Source of the DNA: a virus
Taxonomy: Duplodnaviria > Caudoviricetes
IMG/VR virus record: IMGVR_UViG_3300032046_003054
Location: 1-56,846 of that record
DNA length: 56,846 bases
Strand: one strand, 5' to 3'
Part shown: positions 9,592-19,824 of the stretch, piece by piece
Layout of the letters: the number at the start of each line of letters is the position of its first letter
Position numbering within the stretch: position 1 is the stretch's first letter
Made by a program: the position numbers and the translations under genes
The notes under the pieces: model-generated
Seen by the model: only the letters and a program-made list of their open reading frames with translations
The model's database searches: none
What the model was told of the DNA's origin: nothing

Positions 9592-10269
9592 TCATAATTC
9601 GCACAACATCTTCCAGCCGACTTTTCTCAATTCTTGAAAAGCCTGCTCTTTTTGCTGTTTGTATTTCTTATTTTCATTATCCCTATCTAGCAATAGCGTG
9701 CATCTCGGCTCTATTGAAATCAACCTGTATCCCCTCAATCTCGCCAAATAACTATGCCACAAATCATCAGCGTGATTATATCTTTGGTAAAAATTACTCT
9801 CAACCAACCTCGACTCAACCTCAAATAGACTGCGACCCCGCACGCTCCCGCCCCCGCCAATGTAATCAACCTCTGTTCCGTATGACAGTTTTATCGCCAG
9901 TTCCCCTCTATAACTTTTTGGATTCAGCAATTTTGAATACCAACCCAATACACATTTATCCCCAAACTTCAAATACTCCTTAAAATGATATTCAACGAAG
10001 TCAGGTGCCAAATCCTCATCGTCGTCAAAGCAAATAATAGGGTCTCCTTGCGTTTTATTTACCAAAGCCCACCTGTCCCCCGTCCCCACATTTTTTTCGC
10101 TGTTAAAGACCAATAAACGCTCTTTCGGGAAATCAATTTTTAATGCCTTTCCGCTATTATTCCAAATACTAACATTAAAATTGTCAATAGTTTGTTCCCT
10201 CAATTGCTTCATTATATCACCAATTCTGTCCCATCTTTTATAGATGGCGAAAATCACGTCAATTTCCAT
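9592..10269 (-). CDS. GT2/GT-A glycosyltransferase
   Basis: VIFAIYKR, ICFDDD (DxD), ADDLW. Confidence 0.8.
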   Translation of the reverse strand: MEIDVIFAIYKRWDRIGDIMKQLREQTIDNFNVSIWNNSGKALKIDFPKERLLVFNSEKNVGTGDRWALVNKTQGDPIICFDDDEDLAPDFVEYHFKEYLKFGDKCVLGWYSKLLNPKSYRGELAIKLSYGTEVDYIGGGGSVRGRSLFEVESRLVESNFYQRYNHADDLWHSYLARLRGYRLISIEPRCTLLLDRDNENKKYKQQKEQAFQELRKVGWKMLCEL

Positions 10270-10912
10270 TCCTTTTGTAAAAATAATGGTAAAGATGTTT
10301 GTAAATCTCCGACCTGTATTTATCTGCCAGAAACCTTTCTATCTTTTCCCCGTTCTCCTTTTTGTGTATCTCCATTGAAATCTGGCTTATCCTGTCAAAA
10401 ATCTCATTCGGACAATTAACCAATATCTCAAGTTCCGCATCCTCGCAGTCCATCTTTAAAAAATCGCACTTCTCTATCTTGTTATCAATGAAAATCTTTT
10501 CCAAAGAAATTATATTAACATATTCATATTCTTTCGGATTTTCTAAATATAAACTATGCCCCCCGTTGCAGTTTTCATCCTTAAAAAGTTGTGTCCTGTC
10601 AGAAGGCATTGAAGAAACCGCCAACTTAAAGCACTTTATTCTGTCTTCCAAATGGTTCAGCTTGATATTTTCAACCAGTATTTCATAGTTCTCTTTCTCT
10701 GGTTCAAAGGCATATATGGTCGCCCCTCTGCTGGCACACAAGATTGAAGTCCCCCCGATGTGGGCACCGATGTCAATTACGACTTTCGGCTCTTTCGGGA
10801 CTCTATATCTATCTAGTAATATCTCAACTCCACTCACAGTTTCCTTGTCAAAGATATCTCTGACTTTGAACTTTAACCCGTTGATTTCTATTTGCTCTGT
10901 TTGATTTCCCAT
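10259..10912 (-). CDS. FkbM-family methyltransferase
   Basis: VIDIGAHIG, YAFEP, FLKMDCEDAE, MEIH. Confidence 0.92.
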   Translation of the reverse strand: MGNQTEQIEINGLKFKVRDIFDKETVSGVEILLDRYRVPKEPKVVIDIGAHIGGTSILCASRGATIYAFEPEKENYEILVENIKLNHLEDRIKCFKLAVSSMPSDRTQLFKDENCNGGHSLYLENPKEYEYVNIISLEKIFIDNKIEKCDFLKMDCEDAELEILVNCPNEIFDRISQISMEIHKKENGEKIERFLADKYRSEIYKHLYHYFYKRNGN

Positions 10913-11496
10913 AAATATAACCCACCCTCTGGGTTGTCTATTATTTTATATTTCTCCATTATCAATTCCCTGAAATCCTTCTGCTGTTCTTTCGCCCCTT
11001 TCATATGCCCCGATTTGCTAAATCTTTCATCTCCAGTTTCATCATCTGGGATAAATGGATAACTCGTAGTCCACAAATACTTCACCTTCGCTTCTATGCA
11101 TTGTTTCAAGGTGTCAATGGGGCTTTCCAAATGGTCTAAAACCTCCCCGAAAATTATCAGGTCATAGTCAAAAGATTTTAACCCCTCTTCAATGCTGATA
11201 AAATTGCAATCAAGTTTATCCAATTCACACCTATATTTGACAAAATCAACATACATTTTGAAATCATAAAAAGTTGATTTAGCTCCGTTCTTAGCGAGCA
11301 GTATGCCGTAATCCCCGATACTGCAGCCGAAATCCAAAACCCTCAAGCCGAACATTTTATCTTTCAAGTTCTTCAAAACTATATTCGCTTCGTGATATCT
11401 GTCGTAGTCAATCATCATCCTCCTGATGTAGAAGTCCTTCTCCCCCTGATAGTTTTCACAGATATCCGTTCTTATTTTCTCTTCTTTTGGGGTCAT
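10888..11496 (-). CDS. Class I SAM-dependent methyltransferase
   Basis: VLDFGCSIG, YDLII.GEVLDHL. Confidence 0.88.
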   Translation of the reverse strand: MTPKEEKIRTDICENYQGEKDFYIRRMMIDYDRYHEANIVLKNLKDKMFGLRVLDFGCSIGDYGILLAKNGAKSTFYDFKMYVDFVKYRCELDKLDCNFISIEEGLKSFDYDLIIFGEVLDHLESPIDTLKQCIEAKVKYLWTTSYPFIPDDETGDERFSKSGHMKGAKEQQKDFRELIMEKYKIIDNPEGGLYLWEIKQSK

Positions 11497-12215
11497 TTTT
11501 TTATTAAATTAGGATAAACCTTTTCCCTGTATTTATTAAAGTGGAACATCGCAATCTCCTTCTCTGGCTGACAGGACATACAGATTAAAGAACCGTCTTT
11601 TTCCATCTTTAACTTTGGAGAATAATGATTTTCCATTCCATTATGGCAATGCCAAGAATAGAACTCTGTCTTAATCATACCATCTTTCATCGCCTTTTTA
11701 ACTACTCCACTAAAACCACCTGTTTCGTAATTTCTTTTATCGTAGTCATACTCGTCAAAATTGTGGTAAACAACATCCGAAAAAATCTTTTCCCAACCGA
11801 CATACTTCCTAAAAAGATTATTGACATTCTTATTGTTTCTCATTATGGAGAACATCCCGTTCATTGCCTTATCGTCCCCAGAAATAATATCGCACCTGCC
11901 CAATAGAGTATCTGTTATGAACCTGTCCAACCTGCCATATACAAGGTCAAAATTCGTGTATCCCCAGAAATCATAACCCTTGATATAATCCTCAAAGATA
12001 ACCCCGAATGCTGGTGCGAAATCGCAGGGCTTTGAGGTATACCCAGACAAATCTGGCTTTACTTCCGTCTTTTTTTCAATAAGCTCTGCAAAAATCGCCT
12101 TATCCCTGAATATCAGCCACTCAAAGCCATATTGCTTCAAGCCATTTATATTTTCCATATATTGGTCTAACCACTTCATCTCCCCAAAAAATGGCAGAAT
12201 AAATAGTGTTCTCAT
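11493..12215 (-). CDS. DUF6625-like putative glycosyltransferase
   Basis: LPFFG, KPCDFAPAFG.IFEDY, YDFWGYTNFDLVYG, FDE; start reassigned to MRTLF. Confidence 0.75.
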   Translation of the reverse strand: MRTLFILPFFGEMKWLDQYMENINGLKQYGFEWLIFRDKAIFAELIEKKTEVKPDLSGYTSKPCDFAPAFGVIFEDYIKGYDFWGYTNFDLVYGRLDRFITDTLLGRCDIISGDDKAMNGMFSIMRNNKNVNNLFRKYVGWEKIFSDVVYHNFDEYDYDKRNYETGGFSGVVKKAMKDGMIKTEFYSWHCHNGMENHYSPKLKMEKDGSLICMSCQPEKEIAMFHFNKYREKVYPNLIKK

Positions 12216-12796
12216 ATCTTTGTTGCCTTGACAAGGCATCCGATTTCATTATGTGCCTTGTATCCACTCATCGCCCTCATCTTATTTTTGCTGAAAAAAT
12301 CCATCAACATTTCCCCGTCCTCCGTTGTTCTCGGCTTCAACTCTTCTATCTTGAACCCAGCTTTTTCCATCAATTTTTCTACGCCCCATTTAGTCAACCT
12401 TATAAAATCCTGACCTTCGGGCTTGTGAACGGGATAGATAAAGTGTGTGGAAAAATATAAAATACCACCTTTTTTCAGCAACAGATTGATATTCTCCAAT
12501 GCCTGAACTATATTCCACAGGTATTCCGAAACTTCCAAACAGAATGCCACATCAAAATAATTCAAATAAGTTATGACATTGCTTTCACCCATTCCAACAT
12601 TCAAGTCGCAAACAATATCTGTCTTCTCGCCATTATGGGGGATTTCCAAATCCAATCCGACCAATTCTTTGACATTGAAACTTCTGGTTCTGTCTTTTAT
12701 GTTTTTTTTGTTTGAACCTGCATCCAAAACTTTGTCGCAATCCACATCAATTGTTTTCAACCACATTTCAAGTTGTTCTTTCGTTCCCAAAGACAT
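12212..12796 (-). CDS. Class I SAM-dependent methyltransferase
   Basis: VLDAGS, FDVAFCLEVSEY, LKKGGILY, DFIRLT. Confidence 0.85.
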   Translation of the reverse strand: MSLGTKEQLEMWLKTIDVDCDKVLDAGSNKKNIKDRTRSFNVKELVGLDLEIPHNGEKTDIVCDLNVGMGESNVITYLNYFDVAFCLEVSEYLWNIVQALENINLLLKKGGILYFSTHFIYPVHKPEGQDFIRLTKWGVEKLMEKAGFKIEELKPRTTEDGEMLMDFFSKNKMRAMSGYKAHNEIGCLVKATKI

Positions 12797-12807
12797 AATT
12801 TTATTTA

Positions 12808-13776
12808 TTAAAAATAACTTGCCTTTTTAATTCCGAATTTATCCTCTAACCAGCCGAACGCCCCATATCCTAACATATCTGGGGTCATCGCCTTTATCTT
12901 CTCCCTGATAATCTGCGGGTGCTTCTCCAACGGGACTGCCGTCTGCGGTCTTGCAAACTTCCCCAGTATCTCCTCCTTCAAAAAATCAGGAATGCCGTCC
13001 CTCTCAACATTTTCGCCAAGGTCTTTCATTTTTGATATTTTTATCCATTTATATTCCAAATTTTTCTGCTTTATGGTCGCCTTCAAGTTCCTATATCTCA
13101 ATTCCTTTACCGTCTCTATGTTTTGAAAGGTATAGTTATAGTTGTGTATGGTGGTAATGCTGTCATCAATCTCGCTCTTTGTGAACTTCTGCCCGAAGTT
13201 TATCCCGTTCTCAGTCAGTTTGTAAATTATCGGAATGTTCCCCCAACCGTGGCTGACCAAATCCACCCCCCACTTCACATTCAAACCCCTCTGCTTGCAG
13301 TTGTCCCTGAAAACAAGGAAAGGAGTCTGCTTTTTGATGTAATGCCTGTCCACTAAAATATAATTCAATCTGTTGTATTGCAAGATGCACTTCCCCCTTT
13401 TCGCCTTCAATTCGCAGTCCTCCCTGAAATTATACTTCTTGTTCACAATCCCCACACACTCTTCATCAAGAATGAAATCCACATCAAACTTGAAAACTGC
13501 GTCCCCCGTGCATTCCTCATACCCCCTGTTGAAGTTGTGGCTCATCCTTGAATAAAACCAGTCCTCCTCCCACTTTGTGTCCTCGTCGCAAACTATCCTG
13601 ATTTTGCTATCGCCTATGTCTTTAATCGCCTCTATAGTCCCATCCGTTGAGCCTCCGTCAATCACAACCAGTTCATCAACCACTGGAAGAAAACTCCTGA
13701 TGCTCTCAATGAAAGGATAGTTAAATTTCAGGGAATTGGTTGTAAGGCAAAAACCCGAGATTTTAAGACTACTCAT
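12808..13776 (-). CDS. GT2 glycosyltransferase
   Basis: VDELVVIDGGSTDGT, FKFDVD. Confidence 0.88.
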   Translation of the reverse strand: MSSLKISGFCLTTNSLKFNYPFIESIRSFLPVVDELVVIDGGSTDGTIEAIKDIGDSKIRIVCDEDTKWEEDWFYSRMSHNFNRGYEECTGDAVFKFDVDFILDEECVGIVNKKYNFREDCELKAKRGKCILQYNRLNYILVDRHYIKKQTPFLVFRDNCKQRGLNVKWGVDLVSHGWGNIPIIYKLTENGINFGQKFTKSEIDDSITTIHNYNYTFQNIETVKELRYRNLKATIKQKNLEYKWIKISKMKDLGENVERDGIPDFLKEEILGKFARPQTAVPLEKHPQIIREKIKAMTPDMLGYGAFGWLEDKFGIKKASYF

Positions 13777-14630
13777 AGTTTTTTGAATACCTCTAAATAA
13801 TTATCCCCCATCTCCTCCAAACTTATCACCCCTTTTTTTATCTGCTCTGGTATCCCACCGCCATCTTCTTCCCATAAAATCTCCGTCTCGCAGGCAAGTG
13901 CCTCGTTGACCACATTTGAGTTCGCTTCATTTGAAAAGGGACATAGAAGCACATCTGCCGACCTCATAATCTTTGCCAGTTCCCGCCTGTCCTCAACCAC
14001 GCCCCAGAACTTGTATCTCTTCTCCGCCCCGCCAAAAAGGTCAAAATTGTATTCAAGGTTCTCTGGGCTGAACTTCCCGACAATCCAAAGGTGTGCCTCT
14101 GGGTTGTGGAAGAATAACATCATAAAATCATACCACGCTTTCTCCCATCTCTTTGTCTCGTCCCTGCTTGAACGGACATATAGATATTGCGGATTTCCCT
14201 GTCTCAATATCGTTTCCCCCTCTGGCTTGAATATCTCGGTATCAACCCCGTTGAGAATCACCGCCCCGTCCCTCTTAACAAAGGGCATAATGAAACTCTT
14301 TGCCCACTCGGACTGGTAGACGATGGCGTCTGCTACCTGCGAAAAATCATATAATCTTGGAACTCCTGTGTTTCTATTGCGACTATTTCTCGGACAATTG
14401 TCAATACGAAGCACTACTTTCTTCCCCGCCTTTTTTGCCTCATAGACCTCATCCCTCTGAGCCATAGTAGGTCCCGTGATAAAATAAATATCGCAATCCT
14501 GCCACCTTTCTACAAAATCCACCTTGCCTTTCAGTGCCTTGATTATGTTTGAGGTGAACGACCAGCCCCCTCCAATAATTGAATCTTTGGCTTTTTGTGG
14601 AATAAAAATTCTCATTTTATTCTGTTTCAA
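13773..14630 (-). CDS. GT4 glycosyltransferase
   Basis: IIGGGWSF, ILNGVDTEIF, EANSNVVNEALAC. Confidence 0.9.
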   Translation of the reverse strand: MKQNKMRIFIPQKAKDSIIGGGWSFTSNIIKALKGKVDFVERWQDCDIYFITGPTMAQRDEVYEAKKAGKKVVLRIDNCPRNSRNRNTGVPRLYDFSQVADAIVYQSEWAKSFIMPFVKRDGAVILNGVDTEIFKPEGETILRQGNPQYLYVRSSRDETKRWEKAWYDFMMLFFHNPEAHLWIVGKFSPENLEYNFDLFGGAEKRYKFWGVVEDRRELAKIMRSADVLLCPFSNEANSNVVNEALACETEILWEEDGGGIPEQIKKGVISLEEMGDNYLEVFKKL

Positions 14631-14808
14631 AATTCTCTTCTAATACTTCAAATTTACATTTATATGCTCCAACTTTAATAAATTGGTAATTCTCCCCAGT
14701 CATTAATCTTTTTTGTCTTATGTGTGCAACAAGCATAGAAAATGTCATTTCAAATTCCTGTTCTAATTCTTTAATTTCAATAAGTTTTATCTTTTCTAAA
14801 TCTTTCAT
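14617..14808 (-). CDS. Hypothetical protein
   Basis: 63-aa ORF in operon. Confidence 0.5.
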   Translation of the reverse strand: MKDLEKIKLIEIKELEQEFEMTFSMLVAHIRQKRLMTGENYQFIKVGAYKCKFEVLEENFETE

Positions 14809-14812
14809 AACA

Positions 14813-15574
14813 TTATTTTATCTCGTAATAAGGAATATCCATCCTGCGAGGATATCCGATTTTTGTCATCTGTTCGTCCATATAAGCCAAGAAGTCCTCC
14901 AAGAACTCCCACTGGTGATACTTCTCCAATTCCCAGGAATGTGACCATGCTTCAAACCTCCCGCCCTCCTCAATCACCTCGTCAAACTTTGCCTTTGCAT
15001 ATTCCGTCCAAACAAGCAGGTTCGGCACCTTTTCATATTCTGTTATCTCACAACTGTTGACAATGTCGTATTTTCTAAATGGCATTATGTGAACAGTCGG
15101 TCTCGCCTCAAAAGGGTCTTTGGGAAAATCTATACAACCAGCCTTCACGGTTCTCGCCTCTAAAAAACCAGCCCTCTTGACCACTTCCTTGACCCTGTCG
15201 CTGAACCTGCCCCTCGGATAGCAGAACCTCCTGACCTCATAGTTCGGATTGATATTTGTCCTGATGACACTTTCCAGCATCTTCTTCCCCTCAACAATCT
15301 CGTATTCCAGCTCTTTGTCGGTAAGTTCGTTGAACTCCCTCGGGTGCGTGACGCTGTGTGCCCCAATCTCAAACAAGTCCTTCGTTATCTTGCACATCTC
15401 ACAGTTCGGCAGTGTGCCAGCCAACTGCCTGACCTGATGGTCTGACAAATCCCTCGCCTTAACTGGAATGTAGAATACCGCAGGTATCTTGTATTTAATC
15501 AGCATATCCGCAAGAGTGAGGTCAAGTTGGTCACCGTCGTCAAAACTCGCAAATATTTTTATTCTTTTTGACAT
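14813..15574 (-). CDS. Polysaccharide deacetylase (CE4/NodB-like)
   Basis: SFDDG, EIGAHSVTHP, FCYPRG, WSHSWE; likely start MSKRIK. Confidence 0.9.
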   Translation of the reverse strand: MSKRIKIFASFDDGDQLDLTLADMLIKYKIPAVFYIPVKARDLSDHQVRQLAGTLPNCEMCKITKDLFEIGAHSVTHPREFNELTDKELEYEIVEGKKMLESVIRTNINPNYEVRRFCYPRGRFSDRVKEVVKRAGFLEARTVKAGCIDFPKDPFEARPTVHIMPFRKYDIVNSCEITEYEKVPNLLVWTEYAKAKFDEVIEEGGRFEAWSHSWELEKYHQWEFLEDFLAYMDEQMTKIGYPRRMDIPYYEIK

Positions 15575-16065
15575 ATAAAATAATTTATCCAATAATTTCT
15601 ATTATGATTGGTTTTTAAATGACAATCATTACATAAAGTTATCAGATTATTCGGATTGCAATTCTTTTTATTATAATCTATATGATGAACGGTCAATTTT
15701 CTTCTTTCTTCTAATTCTGTTTTTCCACAAACTTTACATTTTCTTCTGTCCCTATTCCTGATGACTTCTTTCAAATCCTCATTAAACTCCAACCCGTATG
15801 GCTCAAAAGAGCTTCCATTATTCCAAAAGGGATGATTTTTTCCTTTCTTAAATTCTGATTTCGGATGATTTCCAATTTTAAATTCAGTTTTAGGAGAAGA
15901 ATGTTGACCTTTATGTGATTCTATCATTTTTTTTCTTGCTTCTTCTGTGGGTCTTCTTCCTATTGCTTTTTCTTTTATTTTATTTTTTGTTTCATCTGAA
16001 ACAATATGACCTTTTTGAAAGGTATAAGCGTTTTTGTATTTGGGATGTCCTTTTGGAAATGCCAT
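15559..16065 (-). CDS. Free-standing HNH homing endonuclease (NUMOD3-like N-terminus)
   Basis: IRNRD..CKVCG, VHHIDYNKKN...NLITLCNDCH. Confidence 0.92.
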   Translation of the reverse strand: MAFPKGHPKYKNAYTFQKGHIVSDETKNKIKEKAIGRRPTEEARKKMIESHKGQHSSPKTEFKIGNHPKSEFKKGKNHPFWNNGSSFEPYGLEFNEDLKEVIRNRDRRKCKVCGKTELEERRKLTVHHIDYNKKNCNPNNLITLCNDCHLKTNHNRNYWINYFICQKE

Positions 16066-16114
16066 ATTACCTTATTATAAACCAAAACAACACAAAAAGC
16101 AAAAAATGTCTATC

Positions 16115-16519
16115 TTAATTCTTTTTGGTTCCATAGATTTTCTTTGGCTCTCTTAATATTGCATCTATATCTTTAAGCATCTCTTCTTCGTTCAATGCCG
16201 AAGACAAACAATCATCTCTCTCCTTTTTCATAGAAACAACATCTGTTAAATCCTTTTCCTTCACTTTCAAACTGTTCTCCCATTGGACTATCAGTTCCCT
16301 GTCCTTATCCTTTCCTTTCAGTTTTTCGTTTGAGATGTCCTCCCTTATCTTAGTAATATCCTTTGTAAGAACTTCAATCGCCCCATCACCCCTAAATTCT
16401 ACAAATTTCTTGTTGAAGCGATAGGCGTCAAAATAGTGCCTTATGATATTGTCTATCCACTTTATCCTCGTTGCTTTTAATGCTCTTTTTATTTCTCTGT
16501 TGTTAAATTCTATTGGCAT
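16115..16519 (-). CDS. Hypothetical coiled-coil protein
   Basis: 134-aa ORF in operon. Confidence 0.55.
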   Translation of the reverse strand: MPIEFNNREIKRALKATRIKWIDNIIRHYFDAYRFNKKFVEFRGDGAIEVLTKDITKIREDISNEKLKGKDKDRELIVQWENSLKVKEKDLTDVVSMKKERDDCLSSALNEEEMLKDIDAILREPKKIYGTKKN

Positions 16520-17382
16520 AATTTTATAATTTCATTTTTAAATTTATGTCTGGGCTTCCAGCCGACCTTTTTGTCCGCCTTCCTGATATCCGCATAGCTG
16601 TATCGGACATCAACTTCGGGCATTGGAACCTCCCTCACTTTTAAATTCGGATATTTGCTCTTCACTATCTTTATCAATTTGTTCAATGTTATCACCTCCG
16701 AACCACCCAGATTGAAAGTCGCAAAATTATCCTTCGGCTCGTAGTCAATCAACTTAATTATTCCGTCCGCCAAATCATCAACGTGGGTATATCCCCTTGC
16801 CGACCTGCCGTCCCCGTATTTGACAAACTCCGTCCCTTTCCTGCCCGCCTCAATTAACTTTCTAACAACCATATCCTCCCTCCCGTTCTCCCCGTAAACG
16901 GTGAAAGGTCTGAAAACTATGACTGGAATCTTAGCACTGAACATCCTACAAACCATCTCTGCCCCCTTTTTACTAACAGCATAGGGCGACATCTGTGAAT
17001 TACATTCCATTGTTTCGCTTAAAGGCGAAACTTCATTGCCATAAACAGACGAGGAAGAGGCAAATAGGAACTTCTTTACCCCCGTCCTCAAAGCCCATTT
17101 CAAAAGCCAGTATGTCCCAGTTATATTAGTTTCAAAATACTGGTCTGGTATTTCAAGCGACTTCCTGACCCCCGCCAAAGCGGCAAGATGGATTACAATG
17201 TCTGGCTTGGCATTTTTCAAAACGCATTCAACATTATTTTCCTTTCTTATATCATCTAAAATGGCATCATTTTTTATATCCATTCCACAAACATCATACC
17301 CCAACTCCTTTAATCTTTTGAAAAGAACCCTACCGATAAACCCATCTGAACCTGTAATAATAATTTTATATTTTTCTGTCAT
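16510..17382 (-). CDS. NAD-dependent epimerase (UDP-glucuronate 4-epimerase-like)
   Basis: ITGSDGFIG, HLAALAGVR, ASSSSVYG, YAVSK, FTVYG..GREDM. Confidence 0.92.
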   Translation of the reverse strand: MTEKYKIIITGSDGFIGRVLFKRLKELGYDVCGMDIKNDAILDDIRKENNVECVLKNAKPDIVIHLAALAGVRKSLEIPDQYFETNITGTYWLLKWALRTGVKKFLFASSSSVYGNEVSPLSETMECNSQMSPYAVSKKGAEMVCRMFSAKIPVIVFRPFTVYGENGREDMVVRKLIEAGRKGTEFVKYGDGRSARGYTHVDDLADGIIKLIDYEPKDNFATFNLGGSEVITLNKLIKIVKSKYPNLKVREVPMPEVDVRYSYADIRKADKKVGWKPRHKFKNEIIKLCQ

Positions 17383-17579
17383 CTTAATTTCCTAAAAATT
17401 ATCCTGCCTATTTCCGACCTCTTAGGCAATTCAACTATTACCCTGTCCCCGACAATTATCTTTATCTTGTTTATCATCAGTTTGCCAGCAGTATAAACCC
17501 TTATCGTTATTCCACTATCTAACAGAACCTTGAATTGGGCATTTGGCAAACATTCTGAAATTGTTCCTTCAATTTTCAT
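17379..17579 (-). CDS. infA: Translation initiation factor IF-1
   Basis: EGTISECLPNAQFKVLLDSG...GKL..NKIKIIVGDRVIVEL...GRIIFR. Confidence 0.92.
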   Translation of the reverse strand: MKIEGTISECLPNAQFKVLLDSGITIRVYTAGKLMINKIKIIVGDRVIVELPKRSEIGRIIFRKLR

Positions 17580-17697
17580 TTCTTTGGTGGGTCATCACTT
17601 TCTAACTTTTTGTATTTCGGCTCTTTACCTATCTTGTTAATAATCCAAGCAATAAAGATAATGACAACCATTATTATAAAAATTATTACTATCATAT

Positions 17698-18513
17698 TCA
17701 AATAAATGACTTAAATCCTTGTTTAGAAAGCAATTCATCGTTATACTTGTCTGTCGCTTTCAAGATTGGAAGATTAATACCCAAATTATCAGCAAAATCA
17801 ATTATTGCCTTTGTGTCTTTCGGCAAACACTTACCCCAGTATCCTCTCTTACCTTTGTGCATAATCGTCAGATGTGTTCTTCCAACTCGCCTATCTGCCG
17901 CCAATCCATCAACTACCTCTTCCCACTGCTCTTCTGTCAGACCAAACCCTTTAACCAAATCATACATCTCATTATTGTGTGCCACCTTTATTGAAAACCA
18001 GATATTTTTGACATACTTAATAAACTCTGCCACTTCGCTCGGAACTATCCTCTCGTGTGAAGCCAAAGGAAGTTGTTGTATGACATCCTTCGCCACATTT
18101 TTACTCTTATCCGTATAGCCAATTATCTGACTATCTGGAAAAGACATATCCTGGTCTGCTGTTTCTTCTGTCAAAAATTCGGGGTTGAATAAGATTTTAT
18201 GCTCTGGAAACTCGCTCTGCAACAATTGCGTTGTTCCTGGTGGAATTGTTGACTTAATGATAATTATCTTTCCATCATCCAATTCATAAATTACATCTCT
18301 CACAAGATTAACATTACAACCCTTCCCAATTTCATAGGGAGTCGGTAAGCAGATGTAGATATAGTCCGCCTTATTGACTTCCTCCATAGAGCCGATGCCC
18401 TTTTTGTCAAATAGGAATAAATTATAGTGCGTCTTCTTTTCAAAGTATCTTCGCAATGCACCCCCGACCATTCCAATTCCAATTATTCCAATCTTATACT
18501 TTTTTTCTGCCAT
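17698..18513 (-). CDS. UDP-glucose/GDP-mannose dehydrogenase-family protein (lacks C-terminal domain)
   Basis: GIIGIGMVG, CLPTP, IKSTIPPGT, NPEFL, GYWGKCLPKD. Confidence 0.9.
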   Translation of the reverse strand: MAEKKYKIGIIGIGMVGGALRRYFEKKTHYNLFLFDKKGIGSMEEVNKADYIYICLPTPYEIGKGCNVNLVRDVIYELDDGKIIIIKSTIPPGTTQLLQSEFPEHKILFNPEFLTEETADQDMSFPDSQIIGYTDKSKNVAKDVIQQLPLASHERIVPSEVAEFIKYVKNIWFSIKVAHNNEMYDLVKGFGLTEEQWEEVVDGLAADRRVGRTHLTIMHKGKRGYWGKCLPKDTKAIIDFADNLGINLPILKATDKYNDELLSKQGFKSFI

Positions 18514-18651
18514 ATTTTTTTCTTTTTATTATTAAATTATTACAGTCAATTCCATAACTTTTAAGTTCTTTTTTTAATCTTTTAATGGCTTGTAATTTAG
18601 CCCGCTTTAACGCTTCCTGATATCGTTTATTATCCAATAAAATCGGCATCT

Positions 18652-19665
18652 TCATATAAGTTTATCTGTCCAACTTTTTGGAGTCAACTCATTTATTATC
18701 TCTATGGAAAGGTGATACTTGAACCTCTTTGTTCCCCTTGCTTTTATGTAGTCAATCATCTCTTTTAATCCATCTTTTAATTTCCATTCGGTTTTGTAGC
18801 CGAGCAACCTTCTCGCTTTATCTGCACAACAATTAGCCTCTTTAACTTCTTGCGGTCTGCCCTTTAAATAAATGGGCTTCAAATCAAATCCTATCTGAAA
18901 TGCTATTGCCTCGGCTAATTCTTTTATAGTAATAAATTCCTCATCGGGACCGATGTTTATTACCTCTCCTACCACATTATCTTGAAAAGCGAGTTTGACC
19001 AGAGACGTGATGTCGTCCTTGACATAACTGAAACATCTCTTCTGGCTTCCGTCCCCGTAAATTATCGGTTGCTGACCTTGGAGCATCTTGTTTATGAAAA
19101 TTGAAGCAACATTCCTGAAAGGGTCGTCATACTTCTGCCTCGGACCTATGATATTATGTGGAACTGCTATCACATATTCCATTCCGTGAACTTCTGCAAG
19201 ATTTCTTAAAAGCAATTCCGATGCGTATTTCCCTATCCCATATGGGTCTTGCGGTTGGCAAACCATATCTTCTGTGAACGGAACTGGGTTAGTCCCGTAG
19301 CGAGCCATAGAGGATAACATAATAAATCTTTTAACCTTGTTCTGTATTGCTGCTGAGATGACGGAAGAAGTAGCCAGATAGATATTCTCGGCAATCAGGT
19401 GCGGGCTGAAAACACTCAATCCCTCGTATGCGGTAGCGGCACAATGGTAAACCACATCTGCCCCTTTCATTATCTTAACCATCGTGTTGAGATATTTGCA
19501 GTCCGCCAAATGAAATTCTACCTTATCAGATACATTGTCCTGATAGCCACCTATCAAATTGTCGCAACCGATTACCCGATGACCCAACTTTAAAAATTCG
19601 TCGGCAAGGTGGCTCCCCAAAAATCCTGCACAGCCTGTTATAAAAATAGTTTTCTTTTCATTCAT
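18652..19665 (-). CDS. NAD-dependent epimerase/dehydratase
   Basis: ITGCAGFLGSHL, PYGIGK, HNIIGPRQ, GDGSQKRCF. Confidence 0.93.
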   Translation of the reverse strand: MNEKKTIFITGCAGFLGSHLADEFLKLGHRVIGCDNLIGGYQDNVSDKVEFHLADCKYLNTMVKIMKGADVVYHCAATAYEGLSVFSPHLIAENIYLATSSVISAAIQNKVKRFIMLSSMARYGTNPVPFTEDMVCQPQDPYGIGKYASELLLRNLAEVHGMEYVIAVPHNIIGPRQKYDDPFRNVASIFINKMLQGQQPIIYGDGSQKRCFSYVKDDITSLVKLAFQDNVVGEVINIGPDEEFITIKELAEAIAFQIGFDLKPIYLKGRPQEVKEANCCADKARRLLGYKTEWKLKDGLKEMIDYIKARGTKRFKYHLSIEIINELTPKSWTDKLI

Positions 19666-19822
19666 TTTCTAAATCTTTTAATTTTAATTTTTCTAATTTA
19701 TTTTTCCACAATATTTTATGTGCGTAATGATGGATAGGCGGAGTCTTTCTTGTCCTATGATTGCGGTGCACTTTTCCCCATAAAACTTTGCTTCCTTTTG
19801 CTAATTTGAATTTTGTTTGCAT
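19658..19822 (-). CDS. Small basic hypothetical protein (54 aa)
   Basis: Hand-translated MQTKFKLAKG...DLENE*; fills the gap and overlaps the next start. Confidence 0.4.
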   Translation of the reverse strand: MQTKFKLAKGSKVLWGKVHRNHRTRKTPPIHHYAHKILWKNKLEKLKLKDLENE

Positions 19823-19824
19823 TT

